DNA of 62,516 nucleotides, counting the filler. It is 4 parts of 4 records of this genome, joined end to end, with 100 filler letters (N's around TTAATTAATTAA, not from the genome) between each part and the next. Parts side by side here need not be neighbours in the genome. Positions count along the whole stretch, not along the records: positions 1 to 23,159 come from DRR378314_2182; 3 more parts are not named here. One strand, written 5' to 3'. This document shows positions 1 through 10,826 of this stretch, one piece after another. Position 1 is the stretch's first letter. Each line of letters starts with the position of its first letter. The notes under the pieces are model-generated. The model was given only the letters and a program-made list of their open reading frames with translations. It made no database searches and had not been told where the DNA came from. A program made the position numbers and the translations under genes.

Positions 1-2618
1 ATGAGCGAGTCTGGCAACAGACGGAACTTCAACTGCACGGTTTTCTCTGCGAAAAGGCGGATGATTGCACGTTATACCTTCCAATGGGCTTGACGGGAAG
101 CCCTGCGACGCCTTGTAGACGAACGAATCCCCTTTCCTTCGCCGCTTTCGTTTGGCATCGTCGCTAGCTGCGCAATCTTCTCGCCCAACCTTGCGTATCA
201 TTGTGCAGGAAGTACCGGGTGCGCGTGGCACGAAGCTACTCACGAGTCTCGAAGCCCGCTCAGGAATATCTCTTCCTTTGTGTGTATGTGCAATCAGAGA
301 GAAAGAACATTTGGCCGTTGATTTGCTTTGTCAATGGTAAGGGTGTTGCAGTGGTGAGTGCGCCTGGCAGGGAAGCAAGTGTCCTCCATCTGCCTGAGGT
401 AAAGGTTACAAGTGTCGTCAGGAGTACAACGGCGTCCATGGAGTCCGAGGGTCGTGGAGAGCCGCGCCACTGCCCCATATCCCGCCGCTTTCAGCCAGCA
501 ACCACTTTGTTCTGCACGGTGTTTTTATGCGTCACGGCTCTTGCGTAGTAAGGAATAGCTTTTCGTTTTGCAACGACCGTTTTCGGCATTTATTTTCCCG
601 TAAGAGAGATCTCATTACGCGCATGCATTCTGTTTCAGAGATAGGCGCCTCAGAGCCTAATGCAGCCGCATACGATTTATGCAGCCACTATGCGCGCTCC
701 AGATATACAAACAACCAGAGGCACAAGAGCTGCAGCTCAACTTTCCCTGTCAGAACCGAGACGATGGCGCACAAAACAACGCGGTTGCGTACGAACGCGA
801 TGGTAGCACACTATGGGCTCGACCCGTTCATCGCTTACTTTTTCTTATGCGTGACGGCAGACGGGGTCAAAAAGTTGATTTCATGGGTAGCTTGCATGTA
901 GGCTAGTACGATGACAGCAATCGAGAGAATGATAGAGATAAAGAGATTCACTCGGCCCCACGTGACTTTCCGAAGCACTTTTTCCGAGAACTGCTTCCCC
1001 AGCGCGAGAGGACTCAGCGATCGGTTCGGCGGCGAGATCCACGGATGACGGTTAGGGAATGATCTTCCGAATCCAGCTGCATATCAACGTCGTCCAGGGG
1101 CAGCGCATCGGAGTGTTTCCCAGTCAGAGGCGGAGGACGGATCAACATGTAGAACGCCAGCAACACACTCGTACATGGGAATGGCTTGATGCGCACAAGT
1201 TCCGAGAATCAACTCTGAGCACACAGATCGCGGCGGCAGGCCGGTCCATCTCACACGAACGTGGTGTACAATACATGTGGGACAAAATACAACTGCGCTG
1301 CGTACAAGGCTTCACAACCATCAGCGCAAGCATACCAAGGCTTTCAAGGCGAAAAAAATTTGCGCCCGGAAACTAACCACAGGTCAAAAGGGGAGCCTGA
1401 AAAAAGACATGACTTGCTCAATCACGTCGTCCACTACGCGGCGGCGGTGCGGAAAAGCAATTATCGCGAGCGCAGCCAGAGAGGCCACGAAAAGCCGATG
1501 ATTGGCGATCGCGTTGATACCGGTTTTTACATGGAAATCAACACGAAGCAAGGACGCACACACACATCGCGAACAGGTGTGGGTACAATGGCTATACAAA
1601 CACTGGTATGGGGATTCCTCACAATACACCTACGTGCATCTACACCACAGCGGCAAAGGCCAACACCAACGCTGTTGCAACCTATTCGCGCCGCGGCGCG
1701 TGCGTAACCACGGGCACGCGCCGCTGCTCCGCTGCAAGCAGTGCAGGGCAAGCGGCGTCCGTTCCCACGCTGAGCAATGTTCACACACACACACAGAGAG
1801 AGAGAGAGTCTATTCGGCCATCAGCGCGCCGTAATTGTACTGGTTGCATCCCGCCTGGGAAAGCGGTGCCCGTAAGGCGTGCACCTGCGGAGCGACTGTT
1901 CGTCCTGCGTGCACTTTCGCGCGCACGACGAAACGATGCCGCCCCTCACTCCCACTCACGATTCTCGCATCTGTTACGCGAGTCAGCTCGTCACTGCTGC
2001 TCGCTGGGTCGGGGACGGCCGACGGAGTACAACTTTCCCTCCCCAGCTCGCACTGCGGGTACCTGGGATACGATGCGCACCTCGCGTGCTTCGCGCTGCA
2101 TGCGAACACGGCGCGAACCGCACGCATTCTACGGCTCTGCGGTGGCTTGCAGGTGGTGTGGTGCGGTAGGAAAGGCGAGGGCGGAGAAACACGCTCCACC
2201 TCTCCCTGTACGCGACGCAGAGGCGTAGCGCACTGCGTGCACCGTCTCGAGCCACGGCTACGAACCAAAACGTACCGCTCTTGCTCTTGGCATCCGCAGC
2301 CGTAAGCACGTCCAGAGATAGTTCGACGTAGTCCTATCGTGCGCGCGCACACGGAAGTACATTACAGCGCATCAGAGATGTGCAGATACGAAAGCGATAC
2401 AAAGGCTCGCTGCTGAACCGCGAGGGAGCTCGACGAGACGAAAAAATACGATACATAAAAGGTCTTAACCAGGAATATCACAGCGTGTACCCGTCCTCCA
2501 CGCCAACGCGGTACGCTACGGGGCAGCAGAACGCATCACCCCACCACGCCCGCCCGAAACGAACAAAGAATGCGGTGCGGTGCGGTGCGGTATCGTGGCG
2601 GTGCTCTATGCAAAGTAC

Positions 2619-5600
2619 CTCCGGTTCGGCATTCAGCAGATCATCCCACATCGACGACTTGATTGACGTCTTCTGGGTAACGGCATGTACGGGGCACCGA
2701 ATTCTTCCCCACGACATCGACGTTCTTCGTCTGCAATGCGTTCACACGGTTCGATACAATGAGGGGGAGCGAGAGAAAGGGTTACCCGGAGAGGAGAGCA
2801 ACAGCGAGCAGAGATCAACACGCTCTGGGTACACGCTCTCGCTTCAGACATTCGCTGGACACGCAGTGCTCGCCGTCCAACTGCCAGACGCGCTGCGATC
2901 CCTCCATACCACGCGCGTATCAGCAGCGGCGCTATGGGAAGCGCAGCACATTTGTAGCTCGCACGCGACGAACGAGAACTGGAGTCGCTCGGCGCATCGT
3001 CGAAGTACGCGCAGCACGCACGGCCTGCTCTTGGCACTCGGCCACGCCGCGTTGTGTGACGACGAGCAACATCCCGCGAAACATCAGAACAAACGTACCG
3101 CCGCGCCATGTGAATCAGCGGGTGAATGTCAATAAAGCCTTCAGCGATCACACCCTCGCGATCACTCTCATCCGATCCTTCACCGCGGGCGTAGCGCAAC
3201 TTTCTCATGGCACCAAACGTGCGCTGCTTGCGCTCGCGACGCTTACTCGCTTGCAGCACGTCACGGTCCCACACAAGGACATGCAGGCGCGCGCGTGTGA
3301 TCAGCGGAAGTTCCACAGACATTTTCGCTCGCCAATGGAAGGATGCCGGGGAGAACGCCTCCGCACTCCAATGCACGTCGGTGCGCTGGTAGGTCTCCGG
3401 GATGTCCTCAAGCCCAATCGACGCTATCGCGTCCACGGTGGAAAGCCCGTGATGGCGCATAACGGCCGTGAGCATAGCGGACCAGAGGACAACGCGCACT
3501 TCAAACGGTTCCGGCTGCGGCGGGGCAATGCGCTCAGGGGGCGGAAGTAGCGCGACGTCTTCCGCATCGAACAGCTCGAGGAAGCACTCGAGCTTTCCCT
3601 GATGCACGTCGGTGGACGGCGTCCGCAGCGTGCGGAACTCGACGGGCTTCACGCGAAGCCTACGCCATTCTTCCGACAGAATCCGATTGAACATATTGAT
3701 CGTCGTTGACCCCAACGACGAATCACGCGACGTAGACGCCCACCGCACGACCTCGATGCGGAGATCGCTGTGCCTCGGGAACTCGAGCGGGATCGTGTAG
3801 CACTTGTAGTACTGCGGGTACGAGCTGCGCACTTGCAGGACATCCATGTCGCGGATGTAGTCGTGCGCTCCGCTGCCGTAGCGCAGCATGAGGTACGTGT
3901 CCGGTTCCTGGCGCGCGTCTGCGAGCAGTTCGTGGTCGTCCTCGGAGTAGTGGTGCCGCGACGCCGGTCCGTGGCCCCAGGCAATGCGATGCCCGCCCAG
4001 CACATAGATGCGCGCCACAGCACGCCGCTGCTCGCCGCGCGCACCGAGGAAGCGCTCGCGCGGAGGGATCGTGTCATCGCGCTCCGTCACCACAAGGCGC
4101 ACGCGCACATCGCCGGTGACGATCGGAGCGTGCGCACGCGCGGCCGTCTCCGCTGGCGTTGTCGGTAGCACAGAGAGCGCGTGCCCGAGCGCGTTGGCCG
4201 TGTTTGCGCCTGCCGACGACGCTGCGCCGACCAGCGCCGCGTGCTCGTCCGGATCCAACACATTGCACCCGGGTGTGAGGCGCGCCCCCGCCGACGAACC
4301 GCCGTTGCTGTCGAGAGCGGAAAGCGTGGGGACTCCGCTGAGCTGGTACGTGAAAAACGGTTCGTCCTTGAGGAAGCGATCCAGCTCGCCGCGTGCGTAG
4401 TCCAGCACACGGCGGCCGGCTTCCGCGTCGCCGCCAGTCGCAAGATCGGCCAGAATCGGGTTCTCCGCGTGCTGCGCTGCCTCTTGTTCCGCCGGCGAGT
4501 CCGCCAGGCCGTACTGGGCGGCCACGCCGGTCAGCGCCTCGGCAAACGTCTCTTCTTCGGAAGCGCCGCGCAGCCACTCGCAGAACGACGACGCGCGCAC
4601 CGCCACTGCGCCGACCAGCGGGCGGTACGCTCCGTCGTGCCGCGTGTCGTGTACGCGCAAAACGATCACAGGCTCGAATAGCGGATCGAGCGGGAGCTCC
4701 ACGTCGATGGCGACTTCCTCGATAAAGTCGGCTTCCCGCGGCCCCACGCGCGGCGAGGGCGCTGTGGCGCAGAAGGCGCGCCCCATCGGGCCCTGCATGC
4801 CGTGGACCTCGGGAACGACCTCGAGCACTGGTGCCTCGAGCGCGCGGTACACACGCTGCAGCGCTGCGCGCAGCCCAAGCGCACTCGTGTGCACCGTGAC
4901 AAACTTGGAGACGGGCTGCGGCGGCTCCGTCGACGCCTCACGACCAACGGCAGCCGAAGCGAGGATGGCGCCAATAAAGGTGCCCTTGTTGTCGTGGACG
5001 CCGTACCACGCTGGTCGCGGCGATGTCAGCTTGTCCAGCGTGATCCACGCGCTGCCAATGCACGCGGCGGGGGAGCGGCCCTGCACATCGGATATGCTCA
5101 GCGCTACATGCGGCGACGCTGCCACGTCGTCCCCGACGCCGAAGGCGTTCTCCAGCACCAGCGCCTCGTTCCACACGGGGAAGCGCGTGAACATGGCCGT
5201 TTTGGATACCGCCTCCGCTCCGCCGCACGACGCGGTGCACACGCAATCGAGCGGATCACCGCTGGGTCCAGGCTCGAGGCGCGCTTGGTACACGTGGACC
5301 ACTACGCGGCTACGTACGGGGCTGTCGCTCTCCGCCGCGCGCTCCTCATCAAGCTTGCGAAGCTCGCGGAAGCGCTGAGCGATGTGCGCTACCGACGTAT
5401 TGGCGTCGCGCGCGTGCACAAGTGCCATGGCGCACAACACAGCTCCGGCGTGCTTAGAATCGTGCGCAAGATCGCGTGTTCGCGGATCGCGCAGCGGCAC
5501 CCAGAGCGGTGTGGCGTCGGGATTCGCGAAACTCGATGCGTGCAGCCGCGCAAACCCGCCCAGCGCAAGCCTACCGCCGTGACCGACGCCCTCAAACATC

Positions 5601-8503
5601 ACGTACAAGAAGATATCCGGGTGCGAGACAACGTCTGCGGGAAGGCGCAGCTTGAGCTCGACGACGCGCGCACTGAACTTGATCGCAGACGTGTCTTGTC
5701 CCACGCGAACCACGTCCGAGAAGAGCTTCCGATTGCCGACCGCCACCTCCACGTACGCCTGGTCGCCGGGTTCACAGCCGTGAATTCCCACAGCACGATC
5801 AAACGCAGCGAGCAGGATGTACTTGGCGCTCTCCGGGATGGCAACGGGGTCCGCGCGAACCGTTTCTTGCATGAGCGTACGTCGTTTCCGCAGCGAGGCA
5901 GCGGGGACGTCCGCGGAGAGTAGGACACGACCGGTGAAGCCGGGTTTCCGGTACTCGAGCTGCCCGATTTCGATTTCACCGTACAGTGGATACCAGCGCG
6001 GCGGAGGCTTCTGGCGCGGCAGGGTGTGCAGCGGGAACGTCACCTCGCCAATCACGCGGTCCTGCGATGTGTCCGCTTCGCCCTTTTCGCGAATACTCAT
6101 CACCACACCGGGGTCAAGCGGAGGTACCGGGACGCCCACGCGCAGCTCCTCGTCGTACTGCTGCCCGCCCTTGATCGAGTACTGCTGCGAAATACCCGGT
6201 ACAGCTCCGAACGACGACAGGCACGCGTACACTTCCGCACGGCCAACGAACAGATAGAATACCTCGGTCGGGAGAAGGCGGCGCCGGAAGAGACGGAACT
6301 CGTCCATCATACCCCACGCGTGGCCGCCCACGTGCGTATTGGCGATCGTCCACAAGTCGTTTGTGCACTGGTACAGCGCGACCTCGCCTGCCAGCCGTGA
6401 GTCAATATAGAACAGCTGCCTCCCGTCAAACGCCGTCACACACAAATGGTGCCAGCCGGCGCGCAGCTCGCTCATGCGCACACCGCTGGCGTGGAAGCCA
6501 GTGCCACCGGTGTTATCAATGCAGCCAAGATCGTCCTGGTTCTGGTGGACGGCGACGTGGTAGTCGTTCTGCAGTCCGTACAGCAGAGCGTGGATCGCCT
6601 TGGTGTCCGGCAGCGGGCACTTGAACCAGCACGACACGGACCACGCCGATCCGAGTTCGAAACCGCGCGCTGTGCTGTCCGAGGCGTCTCCTTTCGCATG
6701 CACCACAATCGCGTCGTGTGCATTGCGGAACATCGCCGCGCGCCCGAACCGGCCCGTCTTTACGCGCGCCGGTGCGCCGCGTATCGTGCACTCGGCGAGG
6801 GATTCTTCGCTATCGAGTGCTCCTTGGTGCGTCTCCTGGATCGATTCCAGTGCAGAGTTCTTCGCAAACTCCTCCTCGTCCTCGAACTCCATGAGCAGCA
6901 CCATACGCGAGGAAACGTCAAACTCTGCGAGACCCTCGGAGCGATGGACGACCAGGCGCACGTCCTGGTGCGGCTGCGCCGTTGCTTCCCCAGCGTACAG
7001 CGCTATATCTTCATGGCACCGGAGCGCCATATCACGCTCTTTCGCGTCGATATCAATATGGCGATACACTGGAGCTACGTCGCCCGCGCCCAGAAGCGAC
7101 ACCGAGACAAGCAGGTACCCACGTACAGACTCATCTTCGTACTGCGGTGCAAGGGCTACCCACTGCCGCGAAAGCGAGTGCCCCGGCGTTGCATAGTACA
7201 GCTGTGACGTCGAGAACGCAAAGCGACCGATTTCATGGTCCGGCGCCGGCGCAGACGCGTCGTACATGCCAACAACAATGTTCCCGTTCTCAATATCCGT
7301 CTCGTTGACTTTGACATTGAAGAAGAAGTGCTGGTCCCACGATACGACATCGATGCCTTCGCCCTTGACCGTGATCGTTTTAGACGCCTGCCGCCGCGAG
7401 AACGCCGACGCAAAGCAGCGCACTGCCATGCTGGGCGTCTTGTTGGAGGACGACCGCCCTGCGCCGCCTCGCGACGACGGTGCGTGGCCGTGCGGGGTCA
7501 ACACGAGCGCGCGGGACTCGATGACATGGACGTGCACGTTGCAGAGGAGCTTCACACCGCGCCGAGCTCCGGACGTTTCGACGAGGTCGGTTTGCTTTTT
7601 CCCCAGCTCCGCCTCGATTTCACTATCCGCCGCGCTGTCGCCTACGCCATCAAGATCTGGCTCCCACGGCAGGACGTCGGTGCGGCGCGCATCTACGGGC
7701 GGCGCCGCTGCCTTGATCCGACTGTACCAGTCTTCCGACGGCGGCCCGCCCGGAGGACGCAGCTGCAACACGCGCGCCTCGCCGGAGATGCTCACAAATA
7801 TATCGAACCGCACATTTTCCGAGGACGATGCGCCAATGCTCTCCGAGTATACATCCGCCATCAACACAGGGTACTGGTCGAGAATCATGGCGATTGGTTC
7901 ACGGTCAAACACGTGCAACTGCGTGGCGTGCACGGCAACAAACTTTGACTTCCACTCCTGTCCCTCGCGCAGCAGCATTGTGCCAAACACACGCGGGCGC
8001 ATATTCTCCTTTTCTTCCTCGTTGATGCGTTGCGCGTCAGAGAGCGGGACGTTTCGTGCATTTTCGTTGTAGCGCCGATCTTCTGCGTCGCACAGATCGC
8101 GGAGGCGTTCCAGGAGATCGTCCTCCTGCATTGCCTCCTGCACGCTCTCGGCCTTTGCACCGTGGTCGGACGCTCCAGCCGCGCGGATACACGACCCAAT
8201 GGCACCGAGCCAGCGCCGCTGCTCTTCCTCATCCTTGGCGCATAGGTAGAGTGTTGTGGCTACACCAGAGCGGTCGACACCACTCACTTTGATCGCGTGC
8301 GGTCGCAGAATTGAGACATCTTCCACGGAAGCGCCGCGGAAGAATACCCGCGGACCGACATCGGGGATCGGATTGCGCTTGCATACGTACACGATACGCT
8401 TCGAGAGAACGCACCACCGCGACGCCAGTTTCGTAGTGAACTCCGCACGGCACACGTCCACCCATCCGCACACGTCCGGGTGGAACAGCTGTGACAACGG
8501 AAT
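2619..8503 (-). CDS. Ferlin-family multi-C2 protein (type II-like, no DysF seen) with two N-terminal PH domains and a LamG-like insertion; 5' and 3' ends unresolved
   Basis: Main exon 8503-3099 (acceptor tgcgcag|ATT, donor CG|gtacgt) plus a phase-compatible exon 2730-2619. Ferlin hallmarks: HSLSRQWVAL...VRGYLLVSVSLLGAGD (C2B/FerI), PRWYPLYG...FTGRVLLS (C2C), PDIFLYV...FARLHA (FerB-like), VHVYQAR...TRFPVWNEALV (C2D), VEFRTLRTP...QGKLECFLELF and FEVRVVLW...QRTDVHW...VWDRD (C2E/C2F). The C-terminal TM exon was not located. Confidence 0.85.
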
Positions 8504-10826
8504 CTGCGCAACGGATTCAAAGCACACATACACCGCGTACATCTCGTAAGATCCATGCACCAACAAACGCGACCATGCTCCGACGCGCTTCGCTGTGTAT
8601 TGTGGGTTGTTGCGCAACGTGTCGCACGGTGGCTGAGCTACGGAACGTGCACTGCAAGGAGCCACTGCGTCCCAGCGGGCACCGGGGGAAGCGAAAATCA
8701 CGGGGAATCCTTTGGGATGCAGATGCGGAAAGCATATCTTGGAGAGGTTAGTGAGCTACCTACAGTGCACGCAGGAATACAAGGACTGCGTTTGCGTTTC
8801 GCACGTTGTCGGGGAAAACGCGATACATCCACGTCGGAACGGGCCAGCGCCGCGCGGTGCACCAACGCGTGGCCGGCGAGCGGGCTGGCGCGCGCCGCCG
8901 CCGCGGCGCTTCCCCCTGCGCGGCCCGCTCCATACCGCCGCGGACGAGTAGCCGCGCCTCGCCGCAACGCACCCCAGGCGGGCGATGCACAGATGAATAT
9001 GGTATGCATACTACGTATTGGTAAACGCACACACGCGCATTCGACCGCTGGTCGTGCGGTACTTCGTCCCCGGGTGCGAAGGCTGTGCGAGCACGAGGGG
9101 CAGCGGCGCGGTTTGCGTCCCAGCAGCACGGTGCGTACCGCGCAAGCACATATGCTCTTCCTGGGATAACTACCAGCGCATCACCCGCGCAGGGAAACGA
9201 TTTTAAACCAATCTCGTGGATAGATACAGAGTGACAGCCGATAACGAGAGAGCGAGAAAACATCACATAATCTGTTCTATATCCCTCAATCTCTGACCAG
9301 CAGCGCGCTATTGTGGTGACAAAGTTCTATCGCGCAGGAACAGCGCAAGCAGCTACCCGTCAACTGCGGCTTGGGACAGAGCGAGCGAGACCCACCCAAG
9401 GCGATGCCGTGGAACACTGCCCGCGCTTTCAGAGCTCTTAACTACTGCGTCAAATCGATGCCGACCCTTCTCCGACGCGCAGAAGCTGCTAGAGTAACAC
9501 TTGTAATCATCGTACCGCAGAACTGCACACACGGATGATTCCACACTGCAAAAAGTGCGTTTGGCGCTGGCGTGAGCACGCCGGTGAAGGTGCTTCCCGA
9601 CTCCGAATGCTACGCAAGTGGAAATATCGTTATCGGGGCAACCGCACTGCCCGTGTGCTACAACAGCGAAAGAGCAGGGTGCAGCGGCCTCGGCGCGTAC
9701 GCGCGGCAGAAGCGCTCTGCTAGCACAGCGCTTCCGATGCATGCGCCAGGTACGAAAAATATCGAGACTATACGGGGAATGTATAGGAATACAGACTTGT
9801 GCGCACGCAGCGCTTATAGCGTTACGTCCAAACGGTGGAGCAACTCCACCACTGCGACACTGCGCCTCGCGTGCTCGGAAGAGGCAAGCTGGAGCGGTGT
9901 AAACCCTGTCGAGCTGCTTCCGCGTGCCGTTTCGCAGCGAGCAGTCTCCCTGCGGACGGTTCCTCAGCTACTGCACGCAGGCCAAGCCGTCCGTACAGAG
10001 CCTATTCCCCCGCTATAGAGTGCGCCATCTTTCTTCTATTTATCAATGCCAGGGTAAAGAATGAAGTGTTCCTTTGCAGGACCGGAATACGTATAATTCC
10101 ATGCGAAGAGGAAGCAGCGGCAGTTCTTGCCCGCTTGGAAGTGTAGGCAAGCGAGCATATTCACACGTACCTGTGTAGAGCCCATGGTTTCCCGGGGCGC
10201 GCTCGAGCCGCGCTTGCGAGACGATTGTCGCAAGAGTTCCTCGTCCCGGCCACGGCTCGCGCAGCAGTTTCCAATCAGCAGACGAACCTCGCGCCGGGAG
10301 CGCGAGGTGGAGTACCTAAACCCTAGCTTCATATATCAACAAAACGATTTTCACTTTAACAAGCAAAAGGAATTTACTGACTGTTTTATTTCTCACACTG
10401 GCGAATTCGCGAAATAGGGTTGAGGAGTACACTCCCGCTGGATCGGTGGCTATGAGCATTTCATGCCGTCTCGTCGCTCTGTTCGACCACCTGCCTGTTG
10501 CGCACGAACAGCGCGGCAGCGGTGCAGTCAAGGGAAGGGTCTGCCTCGTTCTTTGTGTTGCGGCTAGACTGGCGAGCGCATAGTGATTGACTGTTTGTGC
10601 ACGAGTGCGCCAGTTGCCGTGTGAAGCTCGTCCTGGCTCTTGTCTTCCACAGGAGCACGGCGAAACGGAGCGACACGCACCCAATACAGACACTATAATA
10701 AGCAAAAGAGTTTACATTCTCTAGCACTGTGCGCCAAAGTTGCTGCGGGTGCCTGCAGCCGGTATTTAATTCCGTGTTGGTAGGAGCACTGGTCCGTCTG
10801 CAAACAGGAAAGGCAGAGCTGGAACC

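Noticed and set aside
1-1000. Short ORFs at the window start
   Set aside because: No recognisable domain or consistent exon structure.
1014-1629. Hydrophobic minus-strand stretches (LFVASLAALAIIAFP; SVLLAFYMLI) as the ferlin TM anchor
   Set aside because: No convincing phase-compatible acceptor chain from the exon ending at 2619; cannot be assigned without cDNA.
2633-8701. 2022-aa ORF taken at face value
   Set aside because: Both ends (8701-8504 and 3098-2731) read through intron-like sequence bounded by good splice sites; the true termini lie in other exons.
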